Part shown: in pieces, positions 1 to 12,875 of the stretch | Position numbering within the stretch: the first letter of the stretch is position 1 | Layout of the letters: each line of letters opens with the position of its first letter | Source: Octopus bimaculoides | Lineage: Eukaryota | Direction of reading: 5' to 3' | DNA length: 45,745 nt | Assembly: GCF_001194135.2 (NCBI RefSeq) | Contig: NC_068982.1 | Location: 118,588,087 to 118,633,831 of the forward strand | Made by a program: the position numbers and the translations under genes | Notes under the pieces: model-generated | What the model was told of the DNA's origin: nothing | The model's input: only the letters and a program-made list of their open reading frames with translations | Databases searched by the model: none

Positions 1-243
1 TATGTGTGTGTGTGTGTGCGCACATACGTGGGAATATACTTTGCATTCTATCGACCTGTCTGTCTATATATACGATTACTGAAATCAATATGACTGTGCA
101 TATATACTTTCTTACATACATACATATATACATACATACATACATGCATACATACATAGAGATACCCACACACACACATACACCTACACACACACACACA
201 CATATAAACACACACACACGAACACATATATATATATATACAT
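1..243. repeat. Compound microsatellite (TG, TACA, CA, TA)
   Basis: Direct reading; explains the low-complexity HT/YI-rich ORF 6..266. Confidence 0.9.
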
Positions 244-1639
244 CACAAAGATCGGTGACATGCTAAAGTATTATATGGGGGAATAAATTTACGAAAGCAC
301 GATGTGCCTTGTCTTAACAATGAAGCTAATAGTCCTGGCAACAAAGCAATAGCATTTAATTCAGGAGGCTAAAGGCCTTTTTTCTTGCCAAATTTGATTT
401 CAACATTCTCATTTATAGGACGTGTTTGTTATGTTGAAATCTTTCCAGTTCGTCACTAAGGTATTAGAAATGGGTATTATTCCAGGTCATAAAAGAGTTA
501 TTGAAGTAGCTATCTATAAATATCAGTTTCGTTAATGACAAAATAATCAGTTTTATTTTTTTTGCTGCTGCATCACGTCATTCGTCTGCAAATTTTGTGC
601 AAAGCTTCCTTGTGAATAACTTCAATGGCAAACTTTGACACACCCCATTGGGCAGTTGAGTAAATACAAATTATGGATATATCCCGAACCAGTGTAGATA
701 AATCACACATTTAATTGTCCATCTTATTAACTTTTCTTTCCCGTATATTCTTCCTAAAACGGCCAATTTTAATGTTGGCTCACAGTAATATGATAAGACG
801 AATATTTAGTTTATGTTAGTTCATTGCACTTTTATCCGTTAATTACTTCAACTTCGTGAGACCCGGGAGTATGCTAAGCCTACACGACAATATGTCATGT
901 GAATAATGTCTCAAATAAATCTTCATATTATCCAGAAAAATAGCATGAAGACTTCACCCATGTCATCGCCCTACCACATGAACACAGAGGTCTATATTTG
1001 TTGATGTATTACTTATAAACTATATACAACCAAACAGGCTCATTGCTGATAGCTGACAATTTTTTTGTTGTTTTTTTTGTGGTGCATTTGTTTAAGCGAT
1101 TAGGACTGATCTGCTGTTAAACTACCACATTTAGAATTACTAAAACATAGTAGTAGTATAAACCATATGTGAAAACTGTGTAGCTCGGAAATAAATAACG
1201 AGACGTTGTACTAGAACAAAGAAGCCGCAATATCTGTCTCTCTATCGCTTCTCTAAAGTGAATTCTAAACTTGAACAGTTTGTTATACACCTGTATCCAG
1301 CTGATAAGGAATTTCCTTCTTTCGTATCAACTTTATTAATTATTATTTCTCCTCTCAAATGTATGTTTGCTTCATATTGTAAAATAGGTTTATTCTCACA
1401 TTTGTAATATATCAAAATAAATCTGCTGAACCTAACGAGTGAAGCAGTTTCATTGTTCAGGCTTTGCTACTACGATTTTCTGAATAATCTCTAAGATGTG
1501 AAGAAGCGTTTACGTAGGTTATGCCATCTTATATATAAACAAATATACGTATATTAATTTAAGAAATATCAGAATAAAGAGTGATATTAGAGAGTCTGTC
1601 TAATATGAAACAAATCATGAATTGCATCATCAAATTCTT

Positions 1640-1847
1640 TTCTACTCTAGGCACAAGGTCCGAAATTTTGGGAGAGTGGGGCAGTCGATTAGATCGACCC
1701 CAGTAGGCAACTGGTACTTAATTTATCGACTCCGAAAAGATGAAATGCAAAGTCACCCTCACGGAATTTGAACTCAGAACGCAACGGCAGACGAAATACG
1801 GCTAAACATTTCGCCCGGTGCGCTAACGTCTCTGCCAGCTTGCTGCC
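1640..1847 (-). mobile_element. tRNA-derived SINE, family A, tail type 1
   Basis: Minus strand: GGCAGCAAGCTGGCAGAGACGTTAGCGCACCGGGCGAAATG (A-box-like), B-box-like GAGTTCAAATTCC, core CTTTGCATTTCATCTTTTCGGAGTCGATAAATTAAGTACCAGTT, tail CCTTGTGCCTAGAGTAG. Homologous to 6 other copies in the window. Confidence 0.9.
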
Positions 1848-2423
1848 TTAATTACTGCACTCAGTTGCAGCATCAACACTATGACTGAGACAGGAAGTAG
1901 TCAAATATTTCTTTGCATCACTATAACACGCTAAATTCTTTCTATTGCCGGGTGTGAATCCTTATATGTCCAGTAGCTACTATTTACACTGTCGGATATG
2001 TAATTGTGACAAACAAAAAGAACAGATATAAGTTATGCGAATAATCTAAAGAGCATTTTCACTGGAATGAAGAAAAATAAATATGTATCCATAGAAGGTA
2101 TCTGAATTTTGTCATATAATACAGTGGGTTTCTTTCACTATTCTAATTCCAAATCTTCGTTCTTGTTATTCCTAGAACAAGCATGTTAATAGAATGCTAA
2201 ACAAATGTGATAGAGATAAAATAGTGTTTGAATTAAACACTTTCACATTAAACGTTTTCACTCACGCAACTTAAGTGAATAATTTTGACCGAACGCGACT
2301 CCATTATCATGTTGATAGAAAATAATATAAAAGTACTGAATATATTTAAAGTCGCATTGCATTATCTGTTACATTCATATAAATAATCTATTAAAATAAA
2401 CAAACTATATTTTCCGTGATATA

Positions 2424-2557
2424 AATTAATCCCACCCCAGTCAAGAAAACTATAAGTCATCCCATGTACATCGAGGTAAAAAAATTCTAAATGTTTTACA
2501 TCTTCTCATACACTGCACGAATAATTTTAGCCAGCGTGTTAATGATTCTGCCAGCAT
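2424..2557 (-). mobile_element. Highly degraded SINE family A copy
   Basis: Minus strand GCTGGCAGAATCATTAACACGCTGG matches the family A head; GACTGGGGTGGGATTAATT matches the ACTGGGGTCGATCTAATC segment. Confidence 0.55.
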
Positions 2558-3279
2558 TCTGATGCTTATTAATATTGACCCTATGCTTGCTTCTGGAGTA
2601 AAGGATTTAGATATTTGATAAAAGTTTAGCCATGAAGTTGATGAGATAAATATGTATTGTGATGTCAAAAGAAGAAAGCAAAAGGAAATATGTTGTGGTG
2701 CCTGAGGGTGGTTGTATAATGATTCCATACTATTTCGGAGAATCATTCGCCTTTTCAAAAAGAAAAAAAAATCATCAAAGAGGCGAACTGTCAGTACATA
2801 TCACGTTAATTATCACTACTGCTATTGTTATACCACACCACTGGGTGCTCTCGACACGACGTATTTTATCCAACCATATCTCTAAACACAGTAATCCACT
2901 AATGCTTTTTTATCACAACGAACCTTAATGGACTGCAGGGAACAACACCTCTTGCCAATTCTTATTTCTTTGTTTCCACTTCAAAAGTAAATTATTGCGG
3001 AAACCTTAAACAATCATAGGTAACACTATACATTATCCTTTCTCCTCCTTTTCCTTTATTGACATCCTATTGCATATTTTCCTAACGCCATTCCTGCTTT
3101 GCTGAAAGATTTTAAAACATACATTTATATATTTTTATAGTTTACCTATCTATATGTAATTCTGGGAGCGTAGTAAATTTTGAAGTCAAGAAAAGTCTGG
3201 AAGAACCTGCACACAATAACTGCATAATAAAAACAAGGAGTGTACTAACATAGCTAATGTTAGTAGCAGTGGAAGCAGT

Positions 3280-3570
3280 GTCTTAGTTATAAGTAGTAGC
3301 AATAGAAACAGAAGCAAGGATATTGACAGAAGAATGGAAAGTATAGAAGAAACTTCCAATGCAACAGCAAAATCAAGTCGAATAATGAAAGTAAAGCAAT
3401 GATGATGATTATGATGATCATGATGATGATCATGAAGATGATGATGATGGTCATGATGAGATTAATGATTATGATGGTGGCGGTCTTGTTGGTGGTGATG
3501 ATGATGATAAATATAATGATAACAATAAGAACAATAATGATAGCGATAATTGAAACAAACAAATCACAGA
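3280..3570. repeat. Degenerate trinucleotide repeat tract (GAT/AAT/GTA)
   Basis: Direct reading; produces the poly-M/I ORFs 3287..3562 and 3399..3581. Confidence 0.8.
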
Positions 3571-5439
3571 AGAAGCATTAAAAAGAACAAAAGTTATAAT
3601 ACTGCCAACCACTCCCAGATTTTTCTTGGTAAACAATTTGAATTCTTATCTCTTCTATTTAGTTTACCGTCGATGCTAAATTAACATATTTTTCTCTTTT
3701 CTCATTTATCATCTTTACGTTCATGTTATATATATATTTTTAATTTTTCACTTTCTTATTGAGAGTATTTGTTTCTTTTATCTATTTTCTTTTTATTTTT
3801 TATTTCAGGTTTAGATTTATTTTTGTTTCTGTTTTTAGCATTACTCTTTTTGTATGTCTTTTTTTTTTTCGCAACTGACAAATAGCAACAATTTCTATTT
3901 CTGTTTGAGAATTATTCTGTTTATAAATGTTGTTTGCCGTCACTTTTGTTCTTGCATTATTTAGCTGATTCTATTATATTCATTCATAGAATATCCTTAT
4001 CGGGATAGATTTTCAACATTCGAACAGGAAAATAATTTGCGGGTGAACAAAATAATATTCGGTATGTCGTCATGGCTCGTTATACTGTGAAGTCATATGA
4101 AATCATTGTCGTGTGTATTGTTCATGCTACCGCGGCAGTTACTGTCGGAAGCAGTCAAGTAGTTTCCTCGATAAAATCAAATGCCTGCATTTCACAAATA
4201 GGCATTTGATATCGTTCATGATATCTTTTCCTTTCATCCTTCTGATGTTGATATGTTTAATATAAATTAAGTATTAGGATCAACATGTTCGACTACTTCC
4301 TCCCCTACAAGTTTGTGGTTTGTGATTATTTAAGAAACATGTCATGTGTATCGCGCTTACAAAAGATATCATTCTGAAGGCGTGTGTTTAAACAATCAAC
4401 ACTTGTAATGACTCCTGCTTACATTAAGAGACCTTCATTATAGTATTACCCTATATTTTCTAATCCATCAATGTGCTGGTCTTTATATTCCGATTTTAAC
4501 ATTTGGATAATTTACGCTTAATTCAAAATTATTTTGTTGCCTATTTCAATTGATACGTCCATTAGAAACTACCGTTAAGTTACTTTATATAATTTTTCTT
4601 TCAATTTTACCTTGTACTTTATTATATATTTTGGAAATATACTGGAAATCTTTTCGACTTAAATCTCTCTCTAACAAAAAAATAAATGGAAAACGACGAA
4701 ACTCAGCATCGGTTTCGATTTTCATTCCTTCACATCTCAACAAGACTAATCGTGTTTCGTCCTTTGCTTTCATTACTTTTATCGAGAGTTTTAAATATGA
4801 AGTCTCTCGTGTTGCTTCCTCATACTCTCTACGCTGTTTATTACCATATCAAACTTTTGTTTGATATGATTATTTCAATTCAGATAACATCATTTTATTT
4901 TAATTATTCCTATTACCTTCTTTTTATTACTCACCGAGTAAGTATGTAATCCTGCAGCATATACATTATAACTATTTTCTAGCAGCAGACACTGTGAGGT
5001 TTATTCTGATTTCAGGCATTATTAGTCACTATATTATAAAAAAAAATATTCTATTACTTTATTGAAGAATATAGATAGACATTAGGATTTTTATTTAATT
5101 TTGTTTTCCCTTTGAGGTATTAATATAATTCGTCTTTTGTATTCCTTGCTAAATTATCTTTCAATAAATATTATATAGTGTACAATGTCTAGTTCATAAA
5201 CTCCTAATACTTGAAAGTCTATGTTTGGACAAATATCACTTGTTTCTTTATCTCATTATTGGTGGTTTAAACAACTGCAGGTGGGGAGAATCATGAGAAC
5301 ATTAGCCAAAGTTCATTGTCGTATTTTTACTTTTTACGTTCCACTATAGTGGAAGACGACTTTGGACTCATCACATAAGTTTCAATGAAATTAAGTTCTA
5401 TTCACTAACATTGTACTCAACTTTGCTGAACCAGGAGGA

Positions 5440-6360
5440 TAAGTGAAGTGTGGAATAAACAATTACAAAGTAGCTTCAACATCCACTGGTAAATATGCAA
5501 ATAAGGAAGCCTAATGAATTCTTCAGCACCGCAGATCTACATGGAAAAGGACCCATCTATTACTTCACCGCAAAGGAGAGAGATGCAATATACGCCATCG
5601 ATGAGATGATCTCCAACTTAGCACCCGGCCCAGAGAGATTTCTGATTGTTCTTTTCGAGATATGGAAGAACTCTTCTATGAAACCACAGCAGATACTTTT
5701 TCAAAGGTTCCTTACATGCGGAAAACTTACCAAAATTTTAAAAGAAGGTATAATATGCCCTGTCCATAAAGGAAGACATAGAGAAGAAACTAAACAATTA
5801 ATGCTTATCTACTTGGCATTACACGTTAGCAACGTCATGGAAAGCATTGTTAGAAACAGGCCGATCACGTCCCCAGAAGAAACAACATGCTCACAAACAC
5901 ACATGTCTTTCGCCCAATGAGAAGCTGCCTCACGCAACTACTACTGCATTACGAATAGGTACGTAACAGCAGCTCAACCACTCACATGTGGATGTGATAT
6001 ATCTCGACTTTGCCAAAGCCTTTGAAAGATTTCTTCATGAGGTAATATGATACAAACTTCATGACCTTGGTATTGTTGGACAACACTTTGCAGGTGAGCA
6101 GCTGGTTGGATTCTGAGATCATTTTATAACCAGGAAAGAAAGATCCCATGCTAATCCCATGTAAATTTTTCGTTCTTAGTCGTCTGGATTACTGCTCCCC
6201 ACTGTGGTCACTGTAGATATCAAAACGGATGCAGGAATGGGGTAATCCAGTTCCACTACTGTATTGTTAAGTCGTTGCAGCACACGAGCTATAGGGAAAG
6301 CTAAAGAGATGAATCTTTACTCCCTAGAGACAAAACGTGAGAGGTATGCAGTTATATAAT
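5440..6360 (+). mobile_element. CR1-group LINE fragment (RT N-terminal part, internal deletion, C-terminal part), pseudogenised
   Basis: ORF 5495..5920 gives IDEMISNLAPGP and IICPVHKG...VSNVMESIVR. Downstream frames give DVIYLDFAKAF, YKLHDLGIVG, then after a deletion FVLSRLDYCSPLWS and MNLYSLETKRERYAVI. These are standard APE-type LINE RT and CR1 C-terminal motifs, with stops and frameshifts. Confidence 0.85.
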
Positions 6361-7130
6361 ACTCTTTTAGTCTTTTACACGCTTCAGTCACTTGAGTGCG
6401 ACCATGCTGGAGTACTACCTTTAGTCGAGGTAATCGATCCCGGGACTTATTGTTTGTAAGCCTGGTAATTATTCTATCGGTCTCTTTTGCTCAACCCCTA
6501 TGTTGTCATGCGATGGTTGGAGAGACAAACACAAACACAGAGAGACAGACAGACACACACACACACACACACACACATACACACACACACACACATATAT
6601 TCTTTTTCTTTTTTCGGCTTTTTAAAGCCTAACCAAGCTAATGGGCCTGGTTTTCCGGTTTCCATGGCGTATGTGTTCTCTTCAGCTGGACAAGACGCCA
6701 GTCCATCGCAGCGTTACTCAAGAAACAGGCAGAGAAAGTGAGAGAAATTTGGGGCGAAAGAGTACAACAGGGGTCGCAACACCACCTGCCGGAGCCTCAT
6801 GAAGCTCTAGATGTTTTCGCTCAATAAATNNNNNNNNNNNNNNNNNNNNNNNNNNNNNNNNNNNNNNNNNNNNNNNNNNNNNNNNNNNNNNNNNNNNNNN
6901 NNNNNNNNNNNNNNNNNNNNNNNNNNNNNNNNNNNNNNNNNNNNNNNNNNNNNNNNNNNNNNNNNNNNNNNNNNNNNNNNNNNNNNNNNNNNNNNNNNNN
7001 NNNNNNNNNNNNNNNNNNNNNNNNNNNNNNNNNNNNNNNNNNNNNNNNNNNNNNNNNNNNNNNNNNNNNNNNNNNNNNNNNNNNNNNNNNNNNNNNNNNN
7101 NNNNNNNNNNNNNNNNNNNNNNNNNTATAT

Positions 7131-7178
<48 letters not shown>

Positions 7179-7337
7179 GACGGGCTTCTTCCAATTTCGG
7201 TCTACTAAATCCACTCACAAGTCTTTGAACGGTCCGAGGCCATAGTTGAAGACACTTGCACAAGGTGCCACGCAGTGGTGCTGAACCCAGAACCATGTGG
7301 CTGGAAAGCAAGCCTCCTACGTCGCAGCTAGTCCTAC
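6361..7337 (-). mobile_element. SINE family B (CORE-like), split by an internal microsatellite and a nested SINE
   Basis: 5' half at 7178-7337 (minus: GGTTCTGGGTTCAGCACCACTGCGTGGCACCTTGTGCAAGTGTCTTC...GAAGCCCGTCG). 3' half at 6361-6545 (minus: ...TCCAGCATGGTCGCACTCAAGTGACTGAAG...TAAAAGACTAAAAGAGT tail). Same architecture as copies at 8273-8680 and 45372-45715. Confidence 0.8.
6601..6829 (-). mobile_element. SINE family C variant (alternative 3' tail), head hidden in N-gap
   Basis: Minus strand TTTATTGAGCGAAAACATCTAGAGCTTCATGAGGCTCCGGCAGG...TGTACTCTTTCGCCCCAAATTTCTCTCAC aligns to 33512-33620, then diverges into CTGCGATGGACTGGCGTCTTGTCCAG...GGCTTTAAAAAG. Confidence 0.8.
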
Positions 7338-7600
7338 GGAACATTCGAGAAGGTCTAGCTCCCAAATTTGGAATTCAAACCTATACCAACCACCAACATG
7401 AGTGACACTACATAATACCGTGGTTCCCGTGGTTCTCGTGTTTCCTATCTAAAATTTAAGGACCCCTCGTTGTAACACCCTGTGTCTCAATGATCCACAA
7501 CTATTCAGCATTTAGCCACACACTTTAAGTGATTTGCAAAGTGTAGATATAGAAGTCTTCAACGACCGTCTCGACAAATGTTCATCTTCTTTTAGTATCG
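7338..7600 (+). mobile_element. Continuation of the CR1-group LINE from 5440-6360
   Basis: Translates NIREGLAPKFGIQTYTN and PQLFSI*PHTLSDLQSVDIEVFNDRLDK, which directly continue the ERYAVI motif ending at ~6360. Confidence 0.7.
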
Positions 7601-8272
7601 AACATTTGTTTATCCAAAATATATGAACTTTGTTATTAGCATCAACGGGTAGCTTCAATTGTGTTTGAGACATCGTAGAAACGTAACCCCTCTAACAGGA
7701 ACTACAATGCTAGACTGAAAAACTGACACGCATTGATGGCAAATCGAAATATACAAGAACTTCCTCCGGAGGTGTTGGAGTCCATTATTATGCATAAGTC
7801 TGAATGCTTTTTACAACTACAATTTTAAGAAATTCAAATATCCTATCAAATAGTGATAGGTAATGCCTTATGTCTGGAGGATGTTAATGATCTGCAAGAT
7901 AGAGATATCAAATATAATTATACTTGCGCAGACTATGATTGCATAACACTTTCAAACGCTGTGTTTTATCCATGAATCGTCATAGTTCCCACAGCCTCAG
8001 GGAGTCACAATTCTCCATGATGTCCAAAGCTGTGTTCGTCTTCTATGTGACTGAGAATCGTTTTAAGGATGAATACACAATTGCAGCTCACTGTTGGTAT
8101 GATCCTAGATCTAATTATTTTCTATTTGTATTACAGATAACCTTTGATACAAAACTAGAATTAGTCGTATGAATCACATGTCAAAAATGCTATCAAAAAT
8201 TGTTACAGGTTGGTGAAAGTCATGAGACAGTGTGAGTATGTCCGTAATTGGAGAGACGAACGCCATATAAAT

Positions 8273-8680
8273 ATCTTTTATCTTTTACTTGTTTCAGTCA
8301 TTAGACTGCAGCCATGAAGAGCTTTTAGTCGAATGAATTGACTACAACAGGTGTTTGAAGTCCGGTACTTATTCTATCGTGTTCTTGAGCCGAACAATAT
8401 GTTACAGGGACCTAAACAAATCAACATGTTTATTCAAGTGGTTCTCTGGGACAGAAACACAACGAAATAATACTGATACTCACACACGCACACGCACACA
8501 CACACAAATAGATACACACACAAACACAAAGAAACACTCACATATATGTCGGGCTTCTTTAAGTTTCAATCTGTCAAATCCACTTACAAGGATTTGGTCT
8601 GCTCGAGGTTACAGTAGAATGAATTAATCGAAGGGGAACATGCAGTGGGAGTCAGGAAGCAAACTTTTTAGCACACACAC
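8273..8680 (-). mobile_element. SINE family B, degraded, both halves with internal (CA)n
   Basis: 3' half 8273-8475 (plus TCTTTTACTTGTTTCAGTCATTAGACTGCAGCCATG), microsatellite ~8480-8545, 5' half 8546-8680 (plus CGGGCTTCTTTAAGTTTCAATCTGTCAAATCCACTTACAAGG). Confidence 0.8.
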
Positions 8681-8759
8681 ACGTCTATGTATGTGTGTGT
8701 TCATGTGAGTATACTTGTATATATGTGTGCGTATATATGTATATATGTGTGTGTATGAA

Positions 8760-9350
8760 ACATCTCCACCACCACCATTCCAAGGGCTTTTCGCCGGTTC
8801 CAGTCTGACCACTCCACCTCCCACATCTTCCTCAACTGCTCCTCCTTCAAATCTGCCTTTGACCTACGAGACCTTTCTGGCTCTTTCCCCACTCATGGCA
8901 CCCATCCTTCTTCCGCACTCCTGGCTCCTTCCCCTGCTCTGGCTCACGCTGCTGGACATGTCTCTACTCCTCCAGTACCACCATCGTCACCGGCACCCAC
9001 CACAGCCTCTAGCAAATCACCGATTCATAAACTTTCAGCAATTTAATCTACTGCAGTTTCTACTCCCTCTGTCATTTCTTGGATATTTGTCAAACTGGCT
9101 GCCATTTTTTATTTTTTTTGCGTGTTTGCTGAATGTTACCGCGAAATCACTCTCAGCAATGATACCGCGGTCTCACCCCACTTACGCTGGACCGATTATT
9201 CACATCAACATCTGCCTCTGTTCGTACTGGACTTGCACAGACACCACCCTGACTCAAGCTTGCGTCAAGAGCAGGAATTATTTTCTCTCTCTATTTTGCA
9301 GTCTCTGATAGTCTTAATTCACCATCTCTCTTCATGTAAACCCGCTTCAA
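8760..9350 (+). other. Unclassified GC-richer, C/T-rich island, possibly a decayed LINE ORF1/endonuclease junction
   Basis: Composition is visibly distinct from the flanks; 197-aa ORF 8715..9308 is Pro/Ser/Leu-rich. Only faint motif hints (NVTAKSL...INICLCSYW). Confidence 0.25.
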
Positions 9351-9903
9351 AACACATTTATATACAATGTTTGTTTTTTTCCTCACACGTGTATATTTTA
9401 TAGTAGCAAACGTGGAGATACAATTTGACAGATCAATATACAAAGTATAATAAAATACATGAAATAAAAAAAAGTGTATACATGTATACACATAAAAAGG
9501 TCCAACTCACAAAGAGTACGAGTGATATGAAAATTAAAAGGGTGTATTTCATGTATATAATATACTTTAAATATTGATCTTTCTAATTTGTTTATCCCCA
9601 CATTTGCTTCTATACTGGCTCAAGTTTGAATATTTTGAGCACTAGTAAGTGTATTCTATACGGAGGACATGTAGGTCACATCTATGTACTCTATAAGTAT
9701 TGTGAGTTACTTTCTCTGTATTTGTAAGTTGTATGATAGTTCATGATTTTAAGCGGGAAAGAGTAGTGTATATGTATGCTTATATATGTGTTTGCCTATA
9801 TGGCATATTATATCTATGTATGTGTGTTGCGCGTGCTGGTTTGTTAGTACGTAGATACACACACACACATATATATATGTTAACATGTGTACATATATGT
9901 GTC

Positions 9904-9947
<44 letters not shown>

Positions 9948-10299
9948 TATGTTTGTACATGGGGCTTAAAACGAACTGTGACTTACACAAATTGTTTGTT
10001 AAATACCGGTCTTCTTTAACAATTTCTATTACGGTAAAAATGTCAATGGTTTTAAACATTCAGCTGACCGTAGTGACGTCAGAAAGACAAGTCGATCAGT
10101 CGGATGTCTATCTTATGAACAGAATTATCCAACCGGAAAGCCGAATTGCTATCAATCAAATGAAAACGATCAAAGAACTAGGTCAACGAACAATTAAGAG
10201 AAAACCAGGTGACAACAAATGACGTACTTTGGCAGTCAAGCAAACGACACAATAGTCTACAGCAGGACAAGAGCAAGTGAGGCCTTCCAGCTAGTAGGA

Positions 10300-10412
10300 C
10301 TTCAACTTATGTCTTAAACCCTGCATATACAAAGCCATATCAACGTCTGCAGCATTATCATCTCCCTTGAGCTGAAACCAGTAAAAGAATAAAAGAATAG
10401 AATATACGTACG
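10300..10412 (+). mobile_element. 3'-terminal remnant of SINE B or its partner LINE
   Basis: TGCAGCATTATC...GAGCTGAAACCAGTAAAAGAATAAAAGAATAG matches the family B/LINE terminal CTGAAAC-(TAAAAGA)n signature. Confidence 0.5.
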
Positions 10413-10960
10413 AAAGAGTAAAGCAGGCTACGAACAACCTCCCTTCGAACATGATGGCCAAGGTTGAAAAATATTTTATCGTATACAAAGAAATTAGCAT
10501 CATAACAACTGCTAACATTATCTGTTGATATAAAATTTATATCACTATCATGCATTATTTCTATGAAATTTATCGATAATTTATGAAATTATCGATAATT
10601 TGAATCTCCATCATTTCTTATTCTAGAGAAATTTACTGAGCCCTTAAAAATATGTCACATCATTTTCCTATGAAACCTACAGAGCATTTGATTTTTAAAG
10701 AAACTTTTACCGCGTGCTATTTTAAAAGTATCTCCACTAAAAAGCAAGAAGAATTGGACCGGCATGATATTTTAATAAACAAGAAATTAGAATTGAATAC
10801 AAATTCCAAATTGTTTTATAATCCGCCTTAAAAAATATCCCTACATATTTATATATGTGAGTATATATCTATATATCTGTACATATACATACATGTATAA
10901 AATATATACTTACATTTAAACACACACGTATACATACACACGCATATATATATACGAGTC

Positions 10961-11007
<47 letters not shown>

Positions 11008-12404
11008 AAATTGTCGACCGAAACATCAAGATATGAAGAAGAAAATTGTATAAATTCTCCCATTTCCATACGGTTAGAAGACACGAGATTACATCAATAT
11101 ATGTAATATATATGTGTGTGTTTGTATGTGTATGTACAAGCGCACACTACACACACATACATATACATTTATATATACATATATGTATATGTGTGTGTGT
11201 GCTTCTATGCATATAAATATATTTGTGTGAACGTGTTTCAGTACGTATAGGTTTATTTGCTGGCGTATATTTCCATATTTGTATCAGCATTTTTGTGGTT
11301 TCCACATATTCGTTTCTTCTCAGTTTTGCGTGTGTATAGTATTTCAAACACAATGGTACTTACTGAAAGATTATTTACTGCGTTTTTGAGTGTTTCTGTG
11401 GTATTTTTTCCTTACTGTACCTAACGAATTTATGGAAACCTTGCGCTACATCAATGCAGGACTGTATATTCGCCGCAAGTAATAAATAATGACTCCAACA
11501 TGTATGTGATTCAATTACCACTTCGTTTTTCCATAATCTCTTTTGTATGTAAAGATATATATTGTGTTACATTTATGTTATATATTTCTTATTAATGTTG
11601 CTTTGCTTATTTCTCTAAGAAAGTTGTAAAAGTTTAGTTATCTTGGCTGAATCTCTAAAATGGTCTGTATATACATGAATGTAAATGCTAACCATCATAA
11701 CTTCATCCACTCTTTGAAAAGTGTTCTCTTTTAGATACATTAGTAGCTGACAAACATATACACATTCTCACCTGCTTCAACATGCAGACAAAACATTTAC
11801 ATATACGTTTGAGTGTGTGTGTGCTGCGTGCATATATTTACACACACATACATAAAAATAAAGTATAACTGCTCTTTCGAATAGTTTATCAGTTCTTTGA
11901 TCAAGAGACAAACCAGTTCCCTGCATTAGCCTCTAACAAGCACGTGTATCCTTAACGTCAGAAAAATGGAATAGCTACTGTAAAATATATGAAGTTATAT
12001 AATATCTACCAATGAAGTGTTTCACGCATGATCTAGATATCCCTACAATTCATCGCGCATGAGAGAACATTTGTAAAATACCAAGTGATTGGAATGGAAT
12101 CAATGCATATGAAGCGAATACCTTAACTACTCAAATTAACATCTACTAGAGTTGCTTCTATGCAAGCACATACGTACACATATATTGGCAAGCATACATT
12201 CACATAGGCACACACGTGGATTTTCCAGAAAGATACATGATACAATGGGTTCGTTCTATGAGACGACAAAATTTTAAGTCATATAGTGGTAAGTAAACCT
12301 TTTGTTTAATAATAAAAGTTACATATATACAGCTACAACTAGACGTTTTACCATTTTCGTTCGTTTGTCCAATCCCTGACATGCGTGTATGCAAATATGT
12401 ACTT

Positions 12405-12414
12405 ATGTGTATGT

Positions 12415-12448
<34 letters not shown>

Positions 12449-12509
12449 ACAAATATTTATCTCTCTATCTATAAATGTATATATATATATGGACATGAAT
12501 ATACATACA

Positions 12510-12545
<36 letters not shown>

Positions 12546-12875
12546 NNNNNNNNNNNNNNNNNNNNNNNNNNNNNNNNNNNNNNNNNNNNNNNNNNNNNNN
12601 NNNNNNNNNNNNNNNNNNNNNNNNNNNNNNNNNNNNNNNNNNNNNNNNNNNNNNNNNNNNNNNNNNNNNNNNNNNNNNNNNNNNNNNNNNNNNNNNNNNN
12701 NNNNNNNNNNNNNNNNNNNNNNNNNNNNNNNNNNNNNNNNNNNNNNNNNNNNNNNNNNNNNNNNNNNNNNNNNNNNNNNNNNNNNNNNNNNNNNNNNNNN
12801 NNNNNNNNNATATATATATATATATACATGTGTGTGTGTATATACCTATATATAAATATATGTACATACACACAC
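12405..12875. repeat. (CA)n/(TA)n microsatellites flanking N-gap 12546-12809
   Basis: Direct reading. Confidence 0.9.

Noticed and set aside
5339-5354. Perfect 16-bp palindrome TTCCACTATAGTGGAA
   Set aside because: About one or two such palindromes are expected by chance in 45 kb of AT-rich DNA, and there is no supporting context.
10562-10601. Short tandem duplication containing the palindrome AAATTATCGATAATTT
   Set aside because: Two copies only and very AT-rich; consistent with ordinary slippage.
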